48,702 nt of DNA from positions 444,344 to 493,045 of the forward strand of contig NW_005434615.1 of NCBI RefSeq assembly GCF_000315625.1, in the 5' to 3' direction. Shown here one piece after another: positions 37,201 through 47,324 of this stretch. How positions within the stretch are numbered: the first letter of the stretch is position 1; each line of letters opens with the position of its first letter. Source of the DNA: Guillardia theta CCMP2712 (Eukaryota; Protista; Cryptophyta). The notes beneath the pieces are model-generated. The model had not been told where the DNA came from, did not search any database, and saw nothing but the letters and a program-made list of their open reading frames with translations. Position numbers and translations under genes: made by a program.

Positions 37201-37843
37201 GCAGATTATACCCACTACAAGGAACAAAAGGGAGTGAAGAACAACTGTTGTGCACTGATTTTTGTTGTAACCATGCTATCATAGCAATGCCTCTCTCATC
37301 CACCGCGATAGAGAAATTCATCACTCCACTGACATACTCCCAAGACCCTTCGAGAGCCGACAAGAGCGTCATGTCATTCACCTGCTCCACTTCCTCGCTG
37401 TTGGCTCCGCAAGCTTCATCAAAGCATGTCCGAACAACTACCTTCCCCAGCTCTCCTGCTTCTGCACAGGCTGAGAGAGCAGCGCTTGACGTCGCTGCGG
37501 ACGCACAATTCGTCAGGTTTGTCCATGCGGATCGCAATGTGAAGCTGACGACTCGCGTGCCTTGGCGGAAGGCTGGGTGGATGGACCAGGAGAGAGAACC
37601 GCCGAGGAAGCGAGAGGAGTTGAAGCAGGCGAGGCAGCTATTAGTACCGCTGCCATCATCGTAGTAGCCCTCAATGCAAGCGCATTGACTCTTGGAGGTA
37701 GAACCGAAAGCACTGGTCGTGAGAGCGGGGCACTTGAGGCACGTCAAGGTCCCGGAGCCGTCATCGTAGTAACCAGCGGGACAGGAAGCGGAGGAGAGGG
37801 CGAGCCAACCATGGAAGAGAAGGAGCAACGTGACCCACCGCAT
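34205..37843 (-). CDS. Secreted Cys-rich protein (1212 aa): N-terminal ephrin-receptor-like Cys repeats and two degenerate C-terminal LysM-like modules
   Basis: Signal peptide MRWVTLLLLFHGWLALSSA; CPAGYY...CLKCPA...SQCACIEGYY; CRYCV...INWMRLWTLN and LACAFRSSLASLQSLNPDL...GSNVCL. Intronless ORF. Confidence 0.8.
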   Translation of the reverse strand: MRWVTLLLLFHGWLALSSASCPAGYYDDGSGTLTCLKCPALTTSAFGSTSKSQCACIEGYYDDGSGTNSCLACFNSSRFLGGSLSWSIHPAFRQGTRVVSFTLRSAWTNLTNCASAATSSAALSACAEAGELGKVVVRTCFDEACGANSEEVEQVNDMTLLSALEGSWEYVSGVMNFSIAVDERGIAMIAWLQQKSVHNSCSSLPFVPCSGYNLHYWQDSVVMCNDPSLLTTYVKICCNNCTGLKQDVYDCIPTLAPFRLQNFYSPNISFPLAIFMSHDSVPGNVFVKVHDYDGQMLKLFPVLCKLEGCNSSVRYRALDLFHDFDPLYGPSIHLVSSSTQGWSEVYAVQMSDYMWNNVERWELQSIPPNTSNGTVVTAAFSIFYQDSSPYMPYWRNWNSDIVCNIQDSAPCYADLIIYTEQQVDEILITAAPGFALAVGQDFWYNNTRKSFSSSDCFNEMIAPYLPCGSCNLQQISRLECRYYYTPRSEAVGENDNICFMARTHAGGYSFLSSPYCVRFHVSGPIPTFTYTASQENFTYRSGYQFDSEFYFFPACLGHNTQETVESSTSANNVKIHLYTEYPSNLTSNQTQVSQCGRFSPYGFSPVTPRVNPQYQLEDPTRDSSILAPLSSSFTYVSSPVSTALSYSLNITEGNGIFVDSVCAGSSYCPNIYLNEDIKIVAYSIDNSKSVYHRWVGKRPKLECYAFQASCLDQMSVSEHALGNYASLIQRWILNLQAPPYFQLNQQGCIISLRARGSRNSVSLPCPLASYAEDHRRDPYKDRAMQIEISATDSIVIELVARDPNPQDSVQIFALVQGVLPTGLRLSPTLCMPETVLSDSCPSQSQSCCSSCPPGRDYCTCGGFPSQTSFCPVDTRCNQAKLQVEYAPLAQNANTTVRLSFYPRDSSSYCALHGIRDASSMGWSGNYFNLTISVRRTTHVWKADWFDRFLLQDQIMSMYVGCVLSVRTAFVSRAIPSSGIVVERFSRRTWVEEEGAIEVVGYPSISTNSSLLDLQVVPRKGSEGSRMFLCVAALDVNGLLISNGTCSDNMEPCMYDSDCSRRCLPVCMRLETHKCRYCVEENILSSVRVQLGIDINWMRLWTLNDDSSLVLGTACPPFLDCRNGSLSQAVLDNPSLLPLLSQRGKFIVWVGLLQRLEGDAQAGALACAFRSSLASLQSLNPDLGILNSSSSVLKGSNVCLAACERSRGMSPVC

Positions 37844-38383
37844 GCACTCACACTGAGCTCACTGAGCTTATGCCCCGCGCCGTCCCCAAGCCCCTACGCC
37901 AGCGAGCAAGCAACTGCACCACAAGCAGACGAGGAGTTGCCCAAAAACTATAACGGTTGATAACGGTAACCGGTCCTACATCGTGAGGCGGAATTGACAA
38001 GAAATCAGCCAAGCCTTGACAGCGATCATCACAGGTACTAGTCTTTTACTTTCGGAGGGCATGACGAAAGGAATTGAAAGGAAAGCTTCTAACAAACAAG
38101 CCTTACAAACAACTTTCATCCCCTTACCTTCGTCTTGTTTCGTTTGATGGATACCTGGGGCCTGAGCTGCGTTTTTCGGTTGCAACATGCTGAGAAAGAA
38201 GAGAAAAGAGGAGAGAGAGAGCAGAAGAAGATACTAGTTTTTTGTGGCTCGCCAAGACCAACTGATGGCGTTGAGTGATAGAGACTCTGCCTAGACAAGT
38301 GAACAGCTCGACAATGAAATTAGCTGTTGTGAGATGAGCTGTCCAGCAATCTAGAAGCTCCTTGTAGAGGATAATGCCAATAC

Positions 38384-38657
38384 GACATCAGATGCTATAG
38401 TGTTGATACATCATCAGATGCTAGTGTTGATACATCATCAGATGCTAGTGTTGATACATCATCAGATGCTAGTGTTGATACATCATCAGATGCTAGTGTT
38501 GATACATCATCAGATGCTAGTGTTGATACATCATCAGATGCTAGTGTTGATACATCATCAGATGCTAGTGTTGATACATCATCAGATGCTAGTGTTGATA
38601 CGACATCAGATGCTAGTGTTGATACATCATCAGATGCTAGTGTTGATACAACATCAG
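38384..38657. repeat. 24-bp tandem repeat (gatacatcatcagatgctagtgtt), about 11 copies
   Basis: Near-perfect head-to-tail copies without spacers. Confidence 0.95.
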
Positions 38658-38814
38658 TGCAGCGATGCGTTCCCACGTTACTGAGACAAAGAAAAAACGT
38701 ACCTCGAGAGTTGGCGGCAATGTTGCCGTTGGTACTCATAACCGTCAGTCAAAATCGTCTACTTGTGCTTGATGGTCGGGTCGCTGAGAGAGAAAGACAG
38801 AGAAAGGGAGGGAC

Positions 38815-38873
38815 AGGCAGGTAGGCAGGTAGGCAGGTAGGCAGGTAGGCAGCCTGACTGACTGACTGACTGA
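38815..38873. repeat. Microsatellites (ggcaggta)n and (ctga)n
   Basis: Visible in the sequence. Confidence 0.85.
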
Positions 38874-38955
38874 GGCAGAGAAAGAGGCAGAGGGAGAATC
38901 TGATCATTGAGGTTTCTAGCTATTCCTTCACCGCATTGAAGCCTGGCGTCATCAT

Positions 38956-40270
38956 GGAACGAGAAGCTCTCGGCGACTCAGATTGGGTTCTTTCTATCAT
39001 TTTGCAACACGCAGTGACACTAGCCCGACAGTCAGAGGAAGGCTTTCACGAGTTGCTGATCCCTCGCAACTCAAGTCCATCAAGCCTCGGAAGCGTGGGG
39101 CTGACCTTTTACAAAGTGTTCAACGGGCCTTGCATCGTATCTAGTCTGCAAGCAGAGGTGCAAGAGGGTGTGTGATTCAGAAATGATGACAGGCGGTGTC
39201 GTACGTTCTTGCAGGGATCGGCAAAGAGCTTTGGCCTGCGTGCTGGAGATGTCATTCATAGGGTTGATGGGCATGACGTCTTGAGCTTGTCCTCGAATGA
39301 AGTGACGGCCCTGATTGTTGGCCCTCCAGGCTCTTCAGTTTCTTTTCAGATCAGCAGAAGCAGGTTCGGAGCCTTCGACAAGGTCAAGTTTGCTCGCCAG
39401 ACCCGACAAGCTCTCGTTGCCCGAGGCAGCAGGGGTGCACACATGGGACGGGGAGCTTTGACGAGTGTGGGAATGACCTGTGCCAAAGTTGAGCATCCAG
39501 GGCCGTTCATAGTGACATCGATGGAACGATCGGTCTGAACCGTCTGTTGAATCTGCCCGCCTCTCAACCTCCTTGGATGCAGGGAACAGCCTTCTCAAGC
39601 GGCCTCGTCCGTGTTGGGCAGATCCTTCATGAGGTAGAGGGGAGAAGCACGAGCGTGATGAACTTAGAAGAACTCGACTCTCTTCTCTTGGGAAGGCCTG
39701 GCTCCCTGGTTCACTTGGTGCTTTCCAGCCATGCGCTCGATGTCTCCGGCAATCAGAATGTAAGACTTGGACGGTCACAAGAGACTGCGATCTCTGACCT
39801 GATCCTCACTCAGTACATCGAATCGCAAGTCATCTTTCGAAACCAGCAAGGTAACGTGGGGATGGAGCTCTGGAAGGGTCTTCATGACGTCTTCGAAGTG
39901 CTGTCTGTTCAGCCCGAGGTCTCCTCTCTCTTGCGTGGGTTTTCCTTTTTCTCACTTACAGGTGAAGGGGCCGGCAGACACCGCTCGCCTGCAGGCCGGA
40001 GATGTCATCCATGCTGTAAACGACATGAGGTCCCAGTCTCCTCCTCTCAGTCACTTGCTGAACCCGATGATCCGCCCTCAGCGCCCATCTGCTGAGTAGT
40101 GACCAACTCAAAAACTTTTTTCGTGGGGAGCCGGGGTCAAGACTTGTGGTGTGGAAACAAAGGAAGCCCCTCCGTCTAACGCAGCAAGAGCGCATCAATG
40201 CAAGGTCAGACCAAACGCGGTCTGTCCGTCGCCTGTGCTAACTTGAAAGCCTGACCGCAGTGATAGTTTT
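38956..40270 (+). CDS. Triple-PDZ scaffold protein, multi-exon
   Basis: Three units: SVGLTF...|GSAKSFGLRAGDVIHRVDG...LIVGPPGSSV; SVGMT...|GTAFSSGLVRVGQILHEVEG...LLGRPGSLV; NVGMEL...|GPADTARLQAGDVIHAVND...FRGEPGSRL. Confidence 0.8.
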
Positions 40271-40616
40271 CACGATTCTTCACCTCGGGGCTTTTATCAA
40301 ACTTTGAATTAAGATATTTCAGTGACTTAAAAAATCAGAACAAGGACAACACCATCGAGTCGCTATTATCATTTACTCCAAGTTAAGTTGAAAATCAGTA
40401 CGAGGACAATCAGCAAACCCTCACTGTGACACTGTCGCACGATCGGACAGCGAGAACCAACCCTTATCCTGCCGATTGCTGTCCCCCAAACTTAACTGAT
40501 CTGGCATGGCCCGACGTAGAGCTTTACAGCACTTCAGTAGTGTGAACGCTCCGGCCCGGAGTAACTCGGATACTACTCAGTGACGAGCCCAGGCCGCTGA
40601 GGCTGAGGCTTGTCAG

Positions 40617-40700
40617 TGTAGTATCCGAAATAGTATCCGAGATGGTATCCGGCATAGTATCCGAGGTGGTATTCGGAGTCAGATCCGGAGTAGTATCCGA
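40617..40700 (+). promoter_or_regulatory. Array of GTATCCG motifs (5 perfect, 1 variant) just upstream of ATG 40719
   Basis: tagtatccgaaa-type ~12-bp repeats. Regulatory role is inferred from position. Confidence 0.5.
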
Positions 40701-40718
40701 AGCGCTTCACGTGCGAGC

Positions 40719-41714
40719 ATGCCGGCGAAGACAAAAGAGAAAGGAGGAGAGCTGATGGCGATGGTGCTTGAGTTCCTCGTGAGCTCTGGGCTGAGCAAGA
40801 CAGTAAAGAAGCTAAAGAGCGAGGTCGACCAGGAGGTTCGGACTTTCATCTCCTCTCATCGCATGATTCATGCACGCGAGTCGTTGATAACGTCTGACCT
40901 CTGTGGCAGTTGCCCAGCGTAGAGGGGAAAAGCTTAACGGAGATGTATGAGCTTTATCAAGCACATGGCAAAGAAAAGTAGTCCTCTCATGTGCAATGAA
41001 GTCATCCTATGATGACGACTTTCATTTGCAGGGATGTGAAGAAACGTAAGAAGGCGAAATCAGACGAATCCGAAGCTGACGGAGAGAAGGAGAATGCAAA
41101 GAAGAAGAAGAGAAAGCAGAAACCCTCTACACCCGAAGATTCCGAAGCTGAGGAAGGTGAAGATGAGAGACCCAAGAAAGATTCAGCGGCAAAAGGCAAA
41201 TCAAAGAGCAAAGCAAAAGGGGAGCAGAGCGATTCCGACGAGAGAGCTTCCACATCAGGACCAGTTGACTCTTCATCCAATGAGGCTGACAACCAGAACT
41301 CCAAGAGCAGCACACCATTCAAGCGGATAAAGGAGGAAGATGTCACCTACATGAAGGTACGAGGAGGTCACACGGAAGCTACCCGTCTCAAGGACAACAC
41401 TTTCGAATCCAAGGTGAGGCCTTGAAAGCTTTCTAGTCTCTATACTCTACTAGCCCCTAGCTCTACTCCACCCATGGTCAATATCTGAAGCCTTGTTACC
41501 GCAGAATGGAGATGCGTATGGTGCGAAAGCTGCTGGAATCTTAGGGCAGGTTCGAGGGAGGGACTTCAGGTTTGCTTCGAGTTTAGGTTGTCGGGTTTTG
41601 AAGGAGTCGGGTTACAGGCATGAAAAGACCAAGAAGAAGCGATCGTATCGCTCTCCGGGAGCCATCGACCTCTCGAGTAACTCCATCAAGTTTGAAAGCT
41701 CCGATGATGAATGA
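40719..41714 (+). CDS. SRP40: SRP40/Nopp140-like nucleolar protein (LisH N-terminus, K/E/S-rich middle, SRP40_C domain)
   Basis: LMAMVLEFLVSSGLSKTVKKLKSE (LisH); PFKRIKEEDV...LKDNTFESK...YGAKAAGILGQVRGRDFR|HEKTKKKRSYR...IDLSSNSIKF (SRP40_C). Confidence 0.88.
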
Positions 41715-41924
41715 CAACACGTGTCTCTTGCCTCTGTGCTTCGATTTCCCTCGTAATCTACAACGAACTTGACGGACCTGCAAGTTCGGAAACGACCTAT
41801 GCATGTTCAGCGAGTGAGGATGTGGACTAGGCTGTATCCCTCTACCATCGGATTTTCCTCAGTGACAATTTTTTCCTTCTTTCTCTTTACAACAAATAAA
41901 ATATGAGATCAAAGCGATGCCTCA

Positions 41925-43262
41925 CTACTTCTCAAGAATGCTGATCTCTTTCAGCATAAATCTCACGATTCTGAAACTCCTGTCGTCTGGTTTTCCATTA
42001 GATAACGGAACGATGCAATCGAAGAGGTCCTGGCTAGATCGGACTCCTGCACAAAGCATGTCCCATATGGTTTTGAGCTGGTAATTCGCCTTCTCCATGT
42101 TTTCGACAAACGTAACAAGCTGCCCTTCCTCCTCAGCATCTGTCATCTCTGCCTCGCCAAAGGCAACTTTTGTCGCCTTTGTTGCAAACACAGCAAGCCT
42201 CGTGAGGTTTGGTTTCAGCTGATTCAGGATAGTTTCGAACTGTGGATCTCTTGGCAGCGCATGTCTGCTGTCGTCATCGATCTGAGTCAACAAGTCTTTT
42301 TCTGGCATCTCGACGAACTCGATGACTTTACGCACGAAGTGAGCTGTGTTGGGATCTAACGATACACAAAGCGATCCAGCATCTCTTTCTCCCTTCCAAA
42401 TCCGCTGGACGCAGGCTGAAAACCCTCGCCAACCATCGTCCTCCATGGCAGGCAGGCGCACACGCTCAAGGCTCCTTCGAACTTCATCGTTCCCATGCGC
42501 AGCCAGTGCGATGGCTTGGAACACTGGTTCAAACACTGATTCCAACGCCTTGACCTTTGGGGGGACGACAGGAGGCGTCGTAGGGGCAGGGGGGGCAGCA
42601 CCAGCCGCATCTTCCTGATGCTCAGCGAGCCAATTGACAGCATCCATCAGATCAAACCCGGTGACTCGGAGAGCTTTCTCAGCTCGTGCCCGAGGGAAAC
42701 CCATGTCGACCAACTGCGTGATTAGCTCAGCATTGTGCCGCTCGTCTTGACTCTGAGGTGACTGCCTGGACGTCCGATGGGCTTGTGCCTGCTGTTGAGG
42801 CTGCACTAACGGCTGAGAAGCACGTGATTGAGCTTGTTGTGCCTGCTGTATCCTTTGCATGAGGTTGTTGGAGAACTCAGTCAAGCTTGAGGAGCTAAGA
42901 AGATCCACTGTGCCCCGTGCGCTGTTGTCTTCGGAAGTTGGCTGGTGAATCTCCATGAAGAAGATGACCTGGTCAAATTAGCTTAAGACTGGTAGCAAAC
43001 TTTGTCGCAAGAAGAAACCTCTTCTTCGCCTTTCATCCTTGTACTCACAAGCTCTTGGTCCTTGACCTGCGCTGGTTGATCAGCGATCAGACTTGAGTGA
43101 TAGTGCAGCTTTGACCACTTCGCCATGGTGGACAAGGATGGAAGTAGAAGCACCTCCAAGGCGCTGAGCTACAAGAGCACGGAGCTCTCCGAAGGAAGAG
43201 GACGCGGCGAAGGGAACTGACATGTCACCCCCCCGCATGCTCCTGACCCGCACTGACCCCAT
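41925..43262 (-). CDS. UBL-UBA domain protein
   Basis: N-terminal ubiquitin-like MGSVRVRSMRGG...FGELRALVAQRLG...LVHHGE; UBA AELITQLVDMGFPRARAEKALRVTGFDLMDAVNWL. Confidence 0.8.
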
Positions 43263-43280
43263 GGCAGTGACCTGTCGATC

Positions 43281-43375
43281 TCCCGGATACTCCCGGATAC
43301 TCCCGGATACTCCGAAGCCGGATACTCCCGGATACTCCCGGATACTCCGAAGCCGGATACTCCCGGATACTCCGA
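43281..43375 (-). promoter_or_regulatory. Array of 8 AGTATCCG motifs (10-bp unit) just upstream of ATG 43262
   Basis: (tcccggatac)n on +, which reads (gtatccggga)n on the gene strand. Confidence 0.5.
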
Positions 43376-43882
43376 TGCCGCGTCTGGTTGCCAGCAGTGC
43401 TGGTTCTTTTCGGGCTTGTGTTTTGTGTGTGATTGTGCAGCTTCTCGCTGTGCGCTGTGTGCCAGGAGGTTTAGCTTGTTCCTGCTTTGTTTTGCTTGAG
43501 GCACTTTTTACCTTCTCTGCGGCCAGTAAATCCGTCTTGTCCTTAGACGCGATACCCGGAGGCAGCCGACTGACCACTGTCAGTCGAGACGTCCGCTGCC
43601 GCCACAACGGAGACGCCTCGCCAGCTCCGCGACGGTCGTCGGCTCCCGGCACTCGGGATGTTTCCCCCATCGGAGTCGGAGACCTCCGGCGAAGAGGCTC
43701 CTCCTCGGGCGACTCGACAAACTTTCCGAGGAGGAGCTGTCCTCTGGCTCGAGAAGTGCTTGCGCCCGCAAGGGCGTCATGCGCCTCGCACCAGACAAGA
43801 GCGCCTCCAGCGTCAGCTGCATAGTGAGGCGCTGATAGGTGGCGGCGCGTTTGCGAGCCTGAGCCAAGACCTCAGCAGCAGG

Positions 43883-44470
43883 TCAGTCATCAGGCACGAA
43901 GTGCCGACCAAACGCCGCATCCTCAAGAGGCATCGAGCGCTGAGCAATGATGTCCGCGAGATACCAGATGAAGCGGAGGGTGTCAGGATGCAGGGTACCG
44001 TCCGTCGAGATGGCAAGAGGGATGAACGCTCGAGGAGGAGGAGTCATAGCATATGCAGCGCGATGTTTGCGAATCTTCTCAGACGCTGCAAAGCTAATGG
44101 ATTTACTGGCAGAAGGTAAAAAGTGCCTCAAGCAAAATAAAGCAGGAACAAGCGAAACCTCCAGGCACACAAAGGGTGGACCAACGTCACGCCCTCGTAC
44201 TGCTCGGACCCTCGATCGCGGATTCCAGGGATGTGGATATCCCCCCTTCTTTTTGCGGCCATGAGGATGGGAGGGTTTGCTAGGGTACCTGCCGTCGAGA
44301 CCGAGGATCCCCCACTGCATCGATGACGCTCTGAAGACCAGCTTCGTTCAGCATCGACCGAATCGTACGAGTAAGGTTGTCATGCGCCGTGGGAAGCTTG
44401 GAGGATCGGCGTTTGCAGGTCTGGAGATGATGCGCAGCAACGGAGGGATCAGGTCGAGCTCGCGCTGACA
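43883..44470 (-). pseudogene. Zinc knuckle and restriction-like endonuclease fragment of the retroelement (frameshifted, interrupted)
   Basis: AHHLQTCK...AHDNLTRTIRSMLNEAGL; RKKKG/DIHIPG...VTLVHP; ASEKIRKHRAAY...FIPLAISTDGTLHPDTLRF. Confidence 0.75.
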
Positions 44471-45819
44471 TCCATAGTGTCGGCGGCTGCCCTTTCTCCG
44501 TCCGCGGCCGCCCGCTTTGTGGCGGCAGCGGACCGGCTGCTTGTACGGTCTGGTGCGAGGCGCATGACGCCCTTGCGCGCGCAAGCACTTCTCGAGCCAG
44601 AGGACAGCTCCTCCTCGGACTTTGTCGAGTCGCCCGAGGAGGAGTCTTTGCCGGAGGTCTCCGACTCCGATGGGGGAAACACGTCGAGTGGCGCCGACGA
44701 TCGGCGCGGAGCTGGCGAGGCGTCTCCGTCCCTCACTGTGACGTCGGTGGGGTGCTTGCTGCTGGTCAGAGCTCGCCTGCTTCCTCCCCGGCATCCGAGT
44801 CGGGTCACGCCGGTCCTTGGGCATTGCCGCGGCGTCGCCGCCGTCACGGGCGGTGTTGGGTGTCGCTATCCATTGACATCCATTGAGGCTGTCAATGGAT
44901 TTACTGGCAGAAGGTAAAAAGTGCCTCAAGCAAAACAAAGCAGGATCAAGCTGAACCTCCAGGCACACAGCGCACAGCGAGAAGCTGCACAATCACACAC
45001 AAAACACAAGCCCGAAAAGAACCAGCACTGCTGGCACCCAGACGCGGCAGCGCCAGCCCAAGCGCGAAGCCGCGCAGACAAGCAGCCTAAGGGTCAAGCA
45101 ATCAAGCAACACGGACAATGGATTTACTGGCAGAAGGTTGTGCAGCTTCTCGCTGTGCGCTGTGGATCACACACAAAACACAAGCCCGAAAAGAACCAGC
45201 ACTGCTGGCACCCAGACGCGGCACCGCCAGCCCAAGCGCGAAGCCGCGCAGACAAGCAGCCTAAGGGTCAATTGAGCAATCAAGCAACAAGCAGCAGGAG
45301 CATGCAGGAGGAATAAAATCCCTTAGACGCGATACCCGGAGGCAGCCGACTGACCACTGTCAGTCGAGACGTCCGCTGCCGCCACAAAGCGGGCGGCCGC
45401 GGACGGAGAAAGGGCAGCCGCCGACAACAAGCAGCAGGAGCATGCAGGAGGAATAAAATCCCTTAGACGCGATACCCGGAGGCAGCCGACTGACCACTGT
45501 CAGTCGAGACGTCCGCTGCCGCCACAAAGCGGGCGGCCGCGGACGGAGAAAGGGCAGCCGCCGACAAGGAGCCGGCGTTGCCCGGGGGTCCGCCTGGGGC
45601 AGCGGACGGAGGGAGGCTGGACACAGGAACACGGTACCGCTCGAGGTAGTCCTCCTCGCTAGCCTCCGAGTCAGCGGTAGCCGAGTCAGTGGTAGCCGCC
45701 CGTGACGGCGGCGACGCCGCGGCAATGCCCAAGGACCGGCGTGACCCGACCGATGCCGGGGAGGAAGCAGGCGAGCTCGGACCAGCAGCAAGCACCCCAG
45801 TGGTGTCGAGCTCTCCGGA

Positions 45820-47324
45820 TGCCGGATCTTCTTATTCCTGCCCTGTCAGCCATTCGTCGAGGAGGCAGATTTATTCAGGGCCCCTCTCCAAGGGAGCTGA
45901 TAAACACCGTCGACTCGCGACGAAGCTTGCTTTGGCAGCGATTCGCTCATTTCTTGACCAGCACTTCCTCTCGTCTCACCCTCGAGCGATTCAGTTCGGA
46001 CTCGATCGAGACGGCTGTCTGAAGTTCTCGCAAACAGCGTCAGCGCTCCTGCCCCTTCACGCTCGCGGTGATGATGAGGATGTTGCCAACCCCACAGTGC
46101 TGGTGAGCTTGGATGCAAAGAACGCCTTCAACTCCCTCGACCGCCAGGCTCTCTTCGATGCAATCGAGGGACGTGCGAGTCGCGACTACTTTGATGGGAG
46201 CATCACTGAAGGCGCAAGCTTGCCCTCTTGCGAGCATCTCCGTTTGTTCGCCTCCTACCTCTCCAGCTACTATGGAGACTCTGCTGACCTTCGACTCTTT
46301 CACAAAAGTCAGTCAGCCTCCGTTCAGTGTACCTCGGGCGTCTGTCAGGGCGATGTCCCCTCCAGCGTATTTTTCTGCCACAGTATCCACCCCCTGCTCC
46401 TCCATATCGCAGAGCTTTTTCCCTCTGTTCGAGTCTTGGCCTATGCTGACAACGTCGTGCTTGTCGGTCCACTCGAGGATGCCGTTGCAGCTACGTCCGC
46501 TATGAAGAAGTACATGTTGGCTGATCTGAAGCTAGAGATTCAACCTCGCGAGTCGAAAGTTTACATCCCCTCCTGGCATCAACACCCTGATCTCTCGCAG
46601 CTGAAGAAGAGCCTTAAGCGCCGTCTCAAGACTCAACTTCTTCACTTCGAGGTCGTCACTGGCGGGATTACACTTGGCGGCCTGCCTATCGGCACGGATG
46701 GATTTCATGCTAGTCAGCTCCGGGCGAAGGTTTCTACCCTCAACGAAGAGCTCTCGAAGCTCGGGCTCGTCCAGCATGGCTTCATGTTCAAGACGCTGGT
46801 GAGGGCGAGCCATCTCCAGAAGCTGCGCTTCTTCCTCCAGGGGTCTTCTCCGTTTCTCCCGCGGGTCCAATCACAGATTCGTCGCTTTGACCTCTCTGTC
46901 CACCTGGGGCTTGAGAAATACCACCGCTGGCCTTCCTCGCAGTACCTCGCCGCGCATCCCGACCTGCTAGAGTTTGCGAGGTTCAAGCGGGAGCTTCCGC
47001 ATAGTCGGGGAGGGGACGAGTTCACGCCCTCTGAGGGTCTACACCCCGCTGTTTACTATACGGCTATCGCTCGCTTCCTCGCTTGGTACTCTGACCAGCC
47101 GATGTCCCGGACCTTGCCCTCTCCTCATAGCCTGGACGTTCACTACTCCGTGCCCAGAAGCATCCTCTGGCGACCTTCTTCGTTGAGGCGCACGACTTCG
47201 TTCATAATGCTGGAGCGATCCTCTACCGTCGTGTGAGGGCTCCTGCACCGGCTGCAGATGGCGCGGCGATCCCACCTGCCCCGGCTGCTGTGCCTGATGA
47301 CGCAGGACGCCCCCCGGCATCTGT
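45820..47324 (+). pseudogene. Non-LTR reverse transcriptase fragment (CRE-like), truncated, with YADN at the catalytic motif
   Basis: PLSKG...RRLATK, QFGL, SLDAKNAFNSLDR, GVCQGDVPSSVFF, AYADNV, LGGLPIG, LPHSRGG. The ORF N-terminus (45689-45819) is antisense element sequence. Confidence 0.9.

Noticed and set aside
38384-38657. CRISPR-like array
   Set aside because: Units are contiguous with no unique spacers, the context is eukaryotic and there are no cas genes.
43495-43533. U5 snRNA or SL RNA-like T-rich motif (gcactttttaccttct) in the repeated module
   Set aside because: It does not match the invariant U5 loop GCCTTTTAC, and the module follows the retroelement stop codon as its 3' UTR. An Rfam search would settle it.
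45689-45819. N-terminus of the 515-aa RT ORF as a real protein start
   Set aside because: It is antisense sequence of the element's C-terminal region fused by rearrangement.
47290-47320. Hammerhead ribozyme core (CTGATGA), also at ~28752 and on - at ~43890 and ~48200
   Set aside because: No stem II followed by GAAA at the expected distance in any case.
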